Assembly (NCBI RefSeq): GCF_000315625.1
Contig: NW_005434649.1
Location: 186,001 to 250,000 of the forward strand
DNA length: 64,000 bases
Source: Guillardia theta CCMP2712
Lineage: Eukaryota > Protista > Cryptophyta
Reading direction: 5' to 3'
The notes below the pieces were generated by a model. That model did no database searches, was not told where the DNA came from, and saw only the letters and a program-made list of their open reading frames with translations. Every line of letters starts with the position of its first letter. Position 1 is the first letter of the stretch. This document shows, piece by piece, positions 21,347-34,057 of the stretch. A program made the translations under genes and the position numbers.

Positions 21347-21995
21347 AACACACGTCTTGCTGACCCTGATGCCTGTTTGATTCAAGTCGATCTTTGAATG
21401 AAACACACACGTCTTGCTGACCCTGATGCCTGTTTGATTCAAGTCGATCCTTGAATGAATCGGAAACTTACGTCTTGCTGACCCTGATGCCTGTTTGATT
21501 CAAGTCAATCTTTGAATGAAACACACACGTCTTGCTGACCCTGATGCCTGTTTGATTCAAGTCGATCCTTGAATGAATCGGAAACATACGTCTTGCTGAC
21601 CCTGATGCCTGTTTGATTCAAGTCAATCTTTGAATGAAACACACACGTCTTGCTGACCCTGATGCCTGTTTGATTCAAGTCAATCCTTGAATGAATCGGA
21701 AACTTACGTCTTGCTGACCCTGATGCCTGTTTGATTCAAGTCGATCTTTGAATGAAACACACGTCTTGAAACACACGTCTTGCTGACCCTGATGCCTGTT
21801 TGATTCAAGTCAATCTTTGAATGAATCGGAAACACACGTCTTGCTGACCCTGATGCCTGTTTGATTCAAGTCAATCTTTGAATGAAACACACGTCTTGCT
21901 GACCCTGATGCCTGTTTGATTCAAGTCAATCTTTGAATGAAACACACGTCTTGCTGACCCTGATGCCTGTTTGATTCAAGCCGATCTTTCAATGC
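21347..21995. repeat. Tandem array: 11 copies of a ~50-bp core with alternating 5-11-bp linkers (57/61-bp dimer)
   Basis: Core CGTCTTGCTGACCCTGATGCCTGTTTGATTCAAGTC(G/A)ATC(T/C)TTGAATGAA starts at 21353, 21410, 21471, 21528, 21589, 21646, 21707, 21776, 21837, 21892 and 21947. Linkers are ACACACA, TCGGAAACWTA or ACACA. Confidence 0.97.
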
Positions 21996-22683
21996 TTGTT
22001 GTACACACAACCTTGAGATCAGCGAGGGATCACTAGAGCAATCACTGCTGCGTTTACTAGAACACAACGAGCACGACAGGCTACTGCTGTCGGCTAGGAC
22101 ACAAACCTATTCCCCTACACGTGCTGGGGTACGGTGTGCAGTATCATTCTCGGGTCCGGTAAACCACGAGGCTCTTACACATGTTAACGAGCCTTCAAGC
22201 AATGTCAACGGAGACCCTAAAGGATCGTGATGAACCGACCCTTCCAACGCCACTGTGCGATCATCATCGTTAAAGGAATGGACGACAGGGTATTCGACAA
22301 GCATGAATACCTTGAAGTTATCAAAAGTAAAGCGACAACCGCGAAATTAATCCCAGACGGAACAAACGGAAGCAAAGAGTTCTTGATTCGTATCTGACTT
22401 GAGATCCTTTCTGCGCCAACCTAAAAGCTTTAAACCTGAACACGCTTTCTTAGCTCCTGATTATCGGCTTGCTTCGGAAGACGGACTGGTGATACTTGTA
22501 TCTTCTTCTTTGTAGCATCGCAAGAGATTGAATGTGATTAAATCATAACAACTACATTCATTAGCATGCGAGGATCCAAACTGATTTCTGAACAATCGCT
22601 TTTGTTATCTCAGTATTATCGAATATTTATGTACAACTTCAGACTGGAATCCTGGTGTTAACGTCTTTCTCGAATGCTGTTTC

Positions 22684-24061
22684 TCATATGTCTTTGGCGA
22701 GCTGAACACCGACTCCCTCGTCAGTTGATTTTTTCGAGGAGAAGTCAACTTTTCTGTCCACTCGAACGTTTGCGTAGGATTTCCATTCATCTTCTTTCAA
22801 GACAAGCTTCAGCCATGGATTTTCTGGTTCATACTGTCCAGGAGGTGTATCAGGCACACGAAGAGATGAGGAGCGAATCACCTCGACAGCCTTGCGTAAG
22901 AGCTCAAGAGCTTTGTTGTGATCTCCCCGCGCATCTCTCAAAAGCCTCGCATAGCTGCAGAGCGTCGTGGCGTGCTTGGGGTTCACGAGCAGAGCGCGCT
23001 TGAACATGTACTACACCAGCACGAGTCAGGCAGTCGCTGGTCATAAGTCAGTTCACCTCTGCTCCATCCGCGTCATCCATCCATGTGTGTAGCGCAATAC
23101 CATAGGTACAGAGAGCATCAACGTCGAAGGAGTTCAACTTCAAGATCTCTCGCAGTCTCATGGTCTGGAGAAGCTGATCAGAGATGAAGCGTTGATAAGA
23201 ACTTACCATCGTTTCAACCCGCGCGTCAAGGTCCTCCTTGCTGGTGTTCACCCTTATGGACGCTTCTTTCAAGCTTCCAGGAACTGAGATGTTGAGATCC
23301 TTGATAAGCTCTTTGGTGCATGCTCGCAGCTTCTCTTTCGCCGTGACTGTTGCTGTAGCCCTCTGGTCGGCGATGATGTCTTCCATGGTGATGTACCTGT
23401 CGAAGGGTTCATAGTGATCTTCTATCCACACCAACTTCTCATTTATGTCAGTGATATTTGGAGGACAAAGGCTCTCTCCTACAAAATCTATGTGTCCCTT
23501 GCCATCATTGACCTTGCGCATGGGGGGCAGATTTTGCCATTCCTCACTGAGATCCTCTTCGTTCTTGGCGAATGTTTGATCGGTCCGCAGACTTTGCAAT
23601 TCTTCATTGCGTTGTATCGCTTTCATGCGCCTCTCGGCTGTTTTCCACTCTTTCTCCAACAGCTTCTCACGGTATTCCTCCCATGTTGGCAGCGGTTCCT
23701 GTAGTTGTTGCTGTTGCCTCTTCGTCATCTTCTTCTTCAGCATAGCGCCATCTATCTCACTCAGACCTCGCAGTTCAAGCTCATCACGCATCCGCTCTTG
23801 CCTTCGTTGTTGCCGAAGGCGCAACAACTTCCTCTGACCCTGCCCTCCACGGAGGTGCATTGAAGGATTCAGAAGGATGGATCCAAAATGTGCCTCCAAG
23901 GGATCTTGAGGAAGAGAACAAAGGGAACAAGATTCCTTGCTCCTCTTCCACATTTGCTCGCTATTCTTCACATTCACGCTGCATGCCATCAGGTCCCACG
24001 CCATCATCGCAACGATCGCACATTTGGAACCATAGCTGCATCGGACCATCCTGGAGCGCAT
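22684..24061 (-). CDS. TPR-containing protein, two main exons
   Basis: Coiled-coil region followed by TPR/HAT-like DVDALCTYGIALH and MFKRALLVNPKHATTLCSYARLL. Confidence 0.7.
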
Positions 24062-24265
24062 TCCACTTTTTAACTTTAACAGTTTGTTATTAACGTTAAA
24101 ATAGAAAATTATTTTAACGTTAAGGTCAACACATAGTGTTAAATCAGTGGCATGTGCATGGCCTCCACATGGGGTAGACAACAAGGATGATAGACCGTGA
24201 CGACGAAGGGGATGGCGACGGAGAGAGAGTGTTAGAGAGATGATGAATCAAGAGAAAGTATGGCA

Positions 24266-24509
<244 letters not shown>

Positions 24510-24610
24510 GCGCCCAAGGAGTTTGATGAAATAGCTCTGCTTCGGATGTAACTTCTTCGACAACATTGATAACGTTTTCGCAGAGCAGCCTCGCTGTTGA
24601 TGTTGTGATC

Positions 24611-25511
24611 ATGTCGGTTCTCCTGGTCGGCGACGGGAACTTCTCCTTCTCTCGCTCTCTGTGCTCCAGCCCACCATGTCCACGGATTACGTCGTTGATC
24701 GCAACTTCCTATGATAACAAAACTTCTTTGATCAAGAAGTATGGCGAGGGCGCGCAGAGGAACATTGATGAGATTGTGTCAAGTGGATGGATAGTCAAGC
24801 ACGATGTGGACGCGAGAAGGCTTGAGAAGTACTTTTCGAAAGACACGAGGTTTGACTACATCTACTTCATGCACCCACTTGTCGATCCAGATGACCGAGT
24901 TCGGATGGTCTTCGATGGGAAGATTAACAACGGCGAAGACATCATCATTGCCAACAGATTGCTCATTGCCGACTTTCTTCGATCTGCGAAGGATTTCCTG
25001 GTATGGATCCACATGATCTCATACTTTCATCATCACATGTGAATGATACAGACCCTGCCTCATGGTGAGATCAGAGTAGCTTGCAAAGACACCTACCCCT
25101 ACACGTGGTGGCGAGTCTCTCAGCTTGGAAAGCTTGCGAGGCCCCTGAAGCTGAAGAAAGTCGAGCTGTTTCGCAATGATGACTTTCCTGGATATGAGCC
25201 GAGGACGGTGGAGATGGACAAGAGTTTCCCTTCTGCCAAGGTGATTGGGACGACATCGATGATGCTTTCTCCAACTCAATCTTCTCATTCTTTGACTTTT
25301 CCAGTCGAAGATGTATAGTTTTGGGGTGCTGAATGACGAAGGGAATGTTGAGTTTGAAGAGCAATGGTACGGAGAGAAAGAGCTGAAACTTCAGATTGTC
25401 TGCTCCATCTGTGAGAAGCAATTCACGAGTGAAGCGGATAAGGCAAGACACCTCAAGACCGAGAAACATAACATACGGGCGAAGCTCGAGGTGACAGAAA
25501 CATTCCGATGA
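24611..25511 (+). CDS. BMT5/DUF2431-like rRNA (uridine-N3)-methyltransferase domain protein with C-terminal C2H2 zinc finger; multi-exon
   Basis: VLLVGDGNFSFSRSL, IATSYD, HDVDA, FDYIYFMHP, NRLLIADFLRSA, PYTWW, FPGYEPR; C-terminal CSICEKQF....RHLKTEKH. Confidence 0.85.
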
Positions 25512-25827
25512 TTTTTCACCCGATTGTGCCTGTTCGCGGGTTCGTGCTGAGTTGTGTTTCATCGTAGGAGAAATGGGCCAAGACTGTGGAGGAGATTTAC
25601 CAGTGAGTGATTGTACGAAGATTGGCGGTGTGATTCTTACGTTTCTCATCATAGAATTGATCAAGAATCGATCATCATCAAGGAATGAACCAAAAAATCG
25701 TCTTATTCATTTCTTCTGTACAAAATACTTGTTCCTTGTCCTTGTCCATTCTCTGTATCTCATGCTCTGGCGTTAACGTCAATGATTTCCCTTGCATCAA
25801 AGTGAATGATCTGATAGCTGCTGCCTT

Positions 25828-27751
25828 TCACTCTTTGTTGAACTTAATTCTTCTCTGTCCACTCGACCCCCCATAGTTGGGGGGCATCTGACGAGGTTGG
25901 AACGAGACCTTGACATCAAGAACTTCTCTTGTGCTCTCAATGGCAGCCTGCCACCTACTTACCTACACCCTCCCAGCCACTGCAAGGCTGTATTGTCTCA
26001 CCAGGGCAGTCGAAAGTCTGTCCTCGTACTCCTCGACTTGTTTCTGACATCCAACCGTATGTTAGCAGCAGACAGTCTGCCCCCGTTCCTTCCTGCTCTT
26101 CCCCTCATGCCCCCCGTCTCTACTTTACTTCTCCTGCCTCTCCCCACCTCCAACGCGAGCTTGTCACGGGTCATTCGATCCAGCGCTATGTTGACGGTGT
26201 TGGTGTCCTTGAGAGTCTCGTCCAGTAGTTTCTGCACAGTCGTTACTCCACAAGCATCTCTTCCATCTCTGAGCAACATCAATCTGGCTCAACATCACAT
26301 CGACGGTCGAATCTGCTTTCTTGCATGCAATTGGCCCCGCTCTACATGTCCCCTGTTAGTCAACGCACGTCTGAACAAGAGAGTATACATCACGAACTGT
26401 CTGATGGAACTCTTGAAGACAGACTTGATCTGCAACATGTCGAGACATCTGACTGGACTGACAGAAAGAAATAAATCAAGCTGATCACCTGATCCCATTC
26501 TTCGAAGTCGATTGAAGGCGAGTTCATTGCTTGTTTCAGCTTGCCATGTAGTTTCTCTCCATCGACAAGGGATTTCTGTCTTCTGCTTCAAATTTCTCTC
26601 TCTCTTCTCTCCCGCCCTCCACTGACCTCGCACGCAACATTCCTCAAGTTTTCGAGCTCTGCCGCTTTGATTGCTCCTTGTTCACCAGCATTGCTGCTGT
26701 GGATCAGCATCCCACAACAGGGAAGGAAAACTGACGCGACCTGCACCCAGTGATGGCTTTCGAGACGAGCTCCAGAGTTTGCTCGTACTTTCCATTCTCA
26801 AGTTCATTCTTTGCTCTAGCTTCTGCAAACGTCAAAATTAGATTCCTCGTTGCGCGCCCGAGCTCCTACTTTCCTAGCTGCTCCACTTCATAGAACGCCT
26901 TCTTGTGCAAACGATACAGCCTCGCTGCCGCTCTTTGCTTCTCCTTCTCCAGCAGACCGTCATCAAAGCTTACCTGTACGGTTCACTTACATGAATATAT
27001 TTGGAACACAAAGAAAGATCAGAGTTACGATCTCAAAAGCCGCGTGACAACCCGAAATTGCAAAGCAAACTCCAGCTGGAATTTTCTCAACAGCTCTCTC
27101 CATTAGGACGCCATTGAGTCCGAATCGCAACATGCCTTCATCCGTATCCAGCAGCAGCGTCAACCTGTTTACCACACTCTATCAATATCCTCACCGCTAC
27201 CATGACCTCGAGCGATGTCCCTTTTATGATATCCTCAACTCCTCCTCCTTCTCCTCCTCCTCTGACATACCTGTCACCCTTGGAGTAAGGTAGCATGCCT
27301 TCTTTGTTCACTTTCTGTCCGTTGGTGTAGTAGAACCCGTCTTGGCTCCAGCACCAAGTGCTGTTGAAGACGAAGACGTCGTAGACGTCTCTCAGCTTCC
27401 TTGCCATGTCCGCTTCGTTGTACGCTTCCAAACTCTCCCCGAGATGAACCAGACCGATCTTGGACATCGAGAACATGCCTGCCTGTGCTACCATCAGGTG
27501 TGGATACCAATGATACTCTCTCAAGATACCTTAGTGTACTGCAAGACAAGGCTTTTCCGGCCAGAGTCCGCATCGAATGGGGTACCTTCAAACGTTGGAA
27601 GAGCGTCAAAAGGATGGGACAATGCTTCCTTGAAGCTGTTCACTGACATCTCATCTTGATAGCTTCTCACCTATGATCGCACATCCTCCTTTCCCTCCTC
27701 CCAGGCTGCATTTCCGTCCATCTTCCGACGCCTCGCTCCCGCTGCTGCCAT
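25828..27751 (-). CDS. SPRY/B30.2-domain protein with coiled-coil C-terminus; multi-exon, approximate
   Basis: TWCWSQDG..YTNG...PYSKGD, LTLLLDTDEGMLRFGLNG and VCFAIS fit the SPRY pattern. Confidence 0.65.
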
Positions 27752-28104
27752 AACCAAATCTCATTCTCCCTGACAAATCCTGCTCTGGACCACCCCTTTA
27801 CAAATGACCATCCCCCTCAGTACCCCCAATTTTCCACTAAAATTGTGGAAGTGCACCCCGTTGAGTGACGGCTCTGGACACCCCACCCATCTTTCCCCTC
27901 CAGTCGGGCAACCCGGCGGTGTGCAGGTACGACCAAAGCAACAAGCCGAAGCAAGATGAAGATGGAAGAAGAGGAGGTGAAGATAGAAGAGATGAGAAGA
28001 CGAGAAAAGAAGGAATGAGAAGGGAGAGGATGAGAAGGGAGAGAGCTAAGGCTGTCAGACAAGTGCAGGTTTGAAGAAGAGAGGTCGAGATCGCACCGTT
28101 CAAC

Positions 28105-29342
28105 ATGGGCGAGAAGGCGCGAGGGAGCTGGCTCTTCTCGTTCCTTCTTTTGTTAGCCCTTTTCGACATCTTTGCCGATGCCGGGGACGAAGTCGATGAA
28201 GTGATCAACAGAGCTCTCAAGATGGAGAGTGAAGGAGACTATGAAAGAGCACTGGAAACCATCGACAACATTCCCAAAATCGCACCTGACAACGCGCATG
28301 TCGTATTGTTGCAAGGAAGATTGCTGGTCAAGCTCAATGATATCAGTGCTGCGCAGAAGAAGGTCAAGAAGGCCATGCAGATGTTCCGCAAGCATGGGAT
28401 GAAGACGCGAGACGGGACGAGCTTGCGCCATCTCGAAGAATGTGCTGACGTGTTGATCCGAACTGTTTCTCTGGCGTATGAGAGAGGATCACAAGAAAAC
28501 ACAAGGATGTGCAAAGACGCACTCTTGTACAGACCAGAGCATGCCTTGTGCTATTATCTCTACTCTGTTCATCTTCTCACAACTCAGAAGGGCTCTGAAC
28601 AGGCGGACAATGACAGAAAAGTCTTGACGTCGCTTCACAACAGCATCCGTCTCGGTCATCGTTCCCAGCAAGTGAATGCATACTTTGCACTAGGTATGTT
28701 CCACCTCCAGAGAGGTCACTTGATCTCCTCGGCCTCGGCGTATGAGTCTGCTCTCAAGCTCGCTCCCAGCAGTGCTGATGTGCTCATGCGGGTGGGGGAG
28801 CTGCGATCGCGTCTAGGGCAGCACAGGATGGCGCAGGAGGCGTATGAGAGAGCATGGAAGGAGAAGCCCAAGGACGGGGACGTGATGATCCAAGTGGGAA
28901 GCTCCTTGAGGCGACAGAAGAAGTACAAAGAGGCCATCAAACAATACCGCAAGGTAGTACGATTGTCAACAGCGTCTGAGCAGGAGTGGAGCGACGCGCA
29001 AGCGTGGATAGGAAACGTGTATGAGCTGATGGGGAAGCACAAGGAAGCAGAGGCGGCGTACCGACAAGTTATCGCAAGGGTGAGGCGGCACGGGCGGGCC
29101 TGCAACAACTTGGGGTCGATTTTGATGGCTCGGAATGATGAAGAGGCCTTCTCCTCCTACATGTGCGCCATAGAGGCTGACCCGACCATGTTCGAGGCCT
29201 ACAACAACGTCGGAGGATACTTGATGGGCGTATGAGTTCTGCTTGAGCCCCCCTTGAAGGCTGACGGTGTTGGAGAGCAGAAGGGAAACGCGTCGGAAGC
29301 TCTTCCGTACCTTCAAGTCGCCTACTCCTTGGACCAGGTGCT

Positions 29343-29437
<95 letters not shown>

Positions 29438-32071
29438 AGCAGGATGTGACTCTTGTTGTTCCCAGAGCGAACCTCAGCTCATCTTCAATCTTGGTGAGTG
29501 GGGTCAGGACTTGGAGGAAAGGATAGTTATGTGTCTTCCCGGCAGGTCTGGCCCTTCGGAAGACTGGGAGCTCACATGAGGGAATCTCTTACATGAGGAA
29601 GGTGATGGAGGAGGAGGACGAGAGTGAAGGGGAAGGAGGGAGCACGGGAGCAACGGAGGGCGGGAGGGAGAGAGAAGTGGGGTGGGGGGGGGGGAGAGGA
29701 TGGGAGGAAGAGAGAGGAGAGGGCAGGTCCTGTCTCAAGTTTTGATTTTGAGCAAGGCTCTCTCCATGCGACATACCAACAAAGACTTCTATTGGGAACT
29801 TGCGCGAAGTTACCTATACGAAGATAAGATGGGTAAGATGATGATAATGATGATAATGATGATCAGATCGTGATGACAATCGAGCTGTTATCCTCAGAAT
29901 CATGAGTAACACTGCAAGAATGATTTTGATGTATTTGAGATCACTGTTCGCAGTTTACTGATGAATGTTCATCTTCACCATGGTGTACTCTTCTTGTGTG
30001 CTGATCATTTGTTTAGATCTCATGCTCTCAACACTGGATGCGATGTCAAGAAGCCTGGGCAAACAGTGGGGAGAGTTGGAAGCAGGTGTGCGGCGAGGAA
30101 GATTCCTTCAAGCTTGTTTACACGAGCTTGATAGGGCTCGATGCTGATAAATTCATTCACGCTCAAAACGCTCGAGCTCTCAACTTCTACAAAAGGAAGA
30201 AGGGGAGGGGAATAGGCAAAAAGTCATCGGGGAGGTTGCAGAAGGGTGTTATCTTATACTTATGTTGCGCTGATGAAGATGAGTTGAAGGTAAGTTTGCT
30301 TCGAGGGACTGTTCACCTGACATATTCACAGGATCTTCACTACAGTCTCAAGTTACTATACAATCACTTTACTAAAGAATTCTCTTACCCGGTGCGATTG
30401 TGTCCTTGTTCTCATGGGGCGACTGTGATATGCTTTCAGGTCATCATCTTGCATGACAGGCTAACGCAAGAAAACCAGACGACTCTCTCTGCTGTCTTCG
30501 GGTTCCCCCTTATCGTCTCCTTGTCCGTTGACCTCGAACTGACAACAGCAACAGCGATGGCAACTTGTCGTTTCATCGCATCGAGGTACTCCTTGCCTTC
30601 AGCTGACTGTTGTTAGAGCTCTTCGCAGCTCGCATTCCCACCTGAGATGACAGAACAAGAGAAGGCAAAGATACCCCCTTATCTCATGCTGGTGAACCTT
30701 GACAACGTTCCAGACTCTTCTCCTTGACTTTTGCAATCAGGCGGGTCATCGATGGAGTTATGGATACCGACACATGTCAAGATTTTTCTGTCACGGTGAA
30801 TATCGAATGCTCTACCACACATACCCTCTCATTCCTCTCCCATACAGCCTCTCCCTCCTTCCTCTACTTCATTTGCCCTGCCGATTTGCCGATGTTGCAT
30901 GATGGTTTATGACACGTCATCTCTGATACCCCCAGACATGTTCTACCTGGATGTCCTACAGCCATTCGATTATTACTGGCGACTAGATGCAGACAGGTTT
31001 GCGATGAACGTGTTGACTTCGGCTGAGAGACTTTCAACAGTTTCCTCCTTTCTCCCATCCCTTTCGACGTGTTTGACAGAATGGCGCGGGACAAGCTGGT
31101 ACGTTCCGCAAGTCACCGTCTGCTCGTGACGTTTCTCCCTCACAAGGAATACGGATACATGGTGGTAACCCAGGAGGATGAGGAAGTTGTGAAGGAATCT
31201 CTCTCCGGTTCTCCAGTCGTCTCCGTGATCGCCAATGAACAGGGTCTGTGGGACGTCACAAGAGACTTCGTGCATGAGAACAATATCTCCCTCTCTACGA
31301 CGATGCTCTCCCACCACGTTGGAAGTTCCCTTGCCTCCTGCCATCTGTTGAAACCCCACAGCTTCTGCAGGGTGGAGAGTGGAATCGCAACATGTTCTAC
31401 ACCAACTTTGAGATCTCGACCTTCGGCTTCTGGAGATCAGTGAGTGCTAGATAGTGCCGTGTTGTCCCGTAGTGAGCGACTGCGGGTTCAGGCTGCCTAC
31501 AAGGAATTCTTCAACAAGATCGATGAGTCTAGGGGGATTTACTTGTAATCATCTCAACTCCTCCTCCTCCTCCTCCTCCACGTCCTGCTCCTGCTCCTGC
31601 TCCTGCTCCTCTTTCTCCTGCTCTTGCTCCTCCTTCTACTCCTCTTGCTCCTCCACGTCCTCCTCTTCCCCCTCCTCCTCTTTCTCCTCCTCCTCCTCCT
31701 CCTCCTCCTCCTGCTTCTCCTCCTCCTCCTCCTCCTGCTCCTCCACGTCTTACTCCGCTCCTTGTGCTCTTGCGCTGCTTATTTTGCCTTCAAGACACAG
31801 GTGGGGCGATGCCCCCATTCATCTTCTCGCTATTGGCCTTTTCATGGTGAGCCGATATTTTCATGTTCGGCAATCTCAATGATCAGAACATGGACAGCCG
31901 GAGAGCAAGATCTTGAAGTTTCGTGACATCAGGCAAGTCAAGTTGTTGTTTCTTGATGTGATGTAGAGATTGATGACAAGTGGAGAGAAGATGATCTAAA
32001 CAGACGAAGTCTGACGTTGATTTTTCAGCTACTGGCATCAATATTACGTGAATCTGCCTGACTTTGATTGA
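28105..32071 (+). CDS. Signal-anchored TPR protein apparently fused to a GT15 (KRE2/MNT1-type alpha-1,2-mannosyltransferase) domain; multi-exon
   Basis: Hydrophobic N-terminus and many TPRs (ACNNLGSIL, EAYNNVG). GT15 motifs YRHMSRFF, FDYYWRLDAD, YGY, FYTNFEI..FWRS, IDE..GIY..RWGDAPIH. Confidence 0.8.
29345..29437. repeat. (CTG)n microsatellite, ~31 units, probably intronic
   Basis: Direct reading; follows a GT donor at ~29338. Confidence 0.95.
31557..31745. repeat. TCC/CTCCTG low-complexity tract within a GT15 intron
   Basis: Pyrimidine-rich simple repeat between the GIY and RWGDAP exons. Confidence 0.85.
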
Positions 32072-32531
32072 TTTTTCATAAAACCTCCTGGTCCCGATTG
32101 TAATGAAACTTTCAGTCTATTGTATCTCATTAGCCTAGTAAGTTGGCGGCTCAGACTTTGACTTGCCAGGCTGGCCGTTGCTCTGCAAGTATTAACAAGT
32201 CCGAACTAGGAAAAGGAGGAGGCAGCGAACTGAAGAACTTGAAGACCATCACATACCTTCCGAAGTTCGGTGCCACGACGGTGGGCGGAGGCCCGGCGGA
32301 GGCCCGGGCCCGGCGGAGCAGCCCGGCAAGTGACTAGCTCCTCGACCGGGCCCGCCTGTCCACGGCACCAAGTCCTCATTTTCAAAATCCCTAACAATAA
32401 ACAAAAAATCGCCTCCATGTGATCAATAAATTGTGTATTTCTTCTCCATTCCTCCGGGAGACATTTCTATTGTTTTCGTTTCTACTTTATAGGAATTCTA
32501 TTCTCAGGAATCCAACTGGGTGCGTCAGCCA

Positions 32532-33868
32532 TGCCGCGAACGATGGCGATTGTGCTGCTGTTGCTGAACATGCTGAGAGCCTGCGTCGGAGACGATGGCG
32601 TCTACGAGGTGAAGGATGATACACTAGCATGGATCCTGTCATGTCATCATGTTTGGGCAGGAGGCCTGGGGTGTGCAATCAGGATGTCAAGGATGTTCGT
32701 ACGTCGAGGGACATGTGTTGGAAAGACCAAAGGAGGAGGTGAAGAGAGGAGTTGGAGAAGCAACATCACATGCTCTCTCTTATGAGATGACTAGGTTCTG
32801 TACATGAGATGCTCTTGCCCCGCTACTTCTGCCGATGCAGCTTGCATCTGCGCCAGCCAGTATGACTGGTGGTGGAATCTACAGGCCAGTAGAGAGGTTC
32901 TTAACATGAGGAGCTGATAGAGATTTGTTCAGTGCTCGAAGAATCTTACAGTCAAAGTGGATGGATGCCCTGAGGGTGTTGAGTGGAACATGGTAACAAG
33001 ATTGTTCCCCTCACTCTCGCTCTTCGCTCCTCCCTCCTCCCTCTTCACTGCTCTTTTGATCCTCTCTTCCTCTCCCGTGTTTTCTCTCATTATGAAGCAG
33101 GTTGCAGGGAACTTCAGTGGGATGGTGGGACCCGTTGATCGTTCTTTTGGGTGAGAATGTAAAGTGATTGCTGGCTGATTTCTCACAAAACTGGTGCAGG
33201 TCTTGCAGCATGAACAACAGCCACGACTATGTGTGCACAGGAGTGTATGGAAACAACAGGATGGGAAGGTGAAAGCTATGGAGCAACTGTTGCGCCATTG
33301 ACCCGTCCTCTCAAAGCACTCGGAGAATACAGATCGAGCTTGTTCTTCGTGGGAACTGTGGGAGGCAGAAGGTGGGGACTACCTTCAGACTTGCTATTGC
33401 TCCTCATAATTTTCCTCTTACCCTGCCCCAGTCGGTGACCTGGAGCCTTCCGATCGCCTCCGACCTGGTTTGCACCAACGTGGAACAGGCAAGAATGTTC
33501 AATTTCCTTCCATTCTGCTTGCGGCAGAGTCCAAGAGAAGGTCGACACGAGGTTCTGGTGATTGCCGTGTGAAACAGGTTCTTGCGGAGGTCAAGCGAGG
33601 GTCCCCAGCTGAGATCATCATAACGATCGTCATGTTGGTTATCGGGATGTGTATGGGTATCTTCCTCTGCAGGCGGTCAAGGTATCTTCATGTTCCATCG
33701 TCCCCTTATTTTTTCTTGTCTTGTTCTGTTTGCTCGCACTCTGTCATACTTTCCTCCTCTCCGAACGTCTTGGGGTGACGTCATCACCACAGGGAGCCGA
33801 CCTTCAGCGAGAAGCCCTCACGCTACATGCAAGAGATCGAACGAGAGGACGCGTTCGAGATGACCTAA
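32532..33868 (+). CDS. Hypothetical single-pass membrane protein; multi-exon
   Basis: Signal peptide MPRTMAIVLLLLNMLRAC, Cys-containing ectodomain, TM segment IIITIVMLVIGMCMGIFLC followed by RRS. Confidence 0.6.
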
Positions 33869-34057
33869 GGATCTGGTCTTGCTCCTGCTCCCTGCTCTCT
33901 GCTCCCTGCCCCCAGCCCCTCCTGCCTCCTCAAATCTTCCCCGTGGTCACCGCCCGTCGTCCAGTCCGAGGACGACTGAACTGTTTCGGACACGGATAGG
34001 AGGAGCGAGTTGTAATCGTGATGTGATGTAGTATACACAACTTTACACAGTGTTGGG

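Noticed and set aside
21353-21402. Box C/D snoRNA or spliced-leader cluster
   Set aside because: CTGA is present, but there is no proper RTGATGA box C in the right order and no evident Sm site or donor arrangement.
21347-21995. CRISPR array
   Set aside because: Linkers are 5-11 bp and recur rather than being unique spacers; no cas genes; eukaryotic context.
8900-22000. Endogenous giant virus or Polinton insertion
   Set aside because: No capsid, packaging ATPase or DNA polymerase hallmark genes, and several genes carry host-type introns. Only the DcpS-like gene hints at viral affinity.
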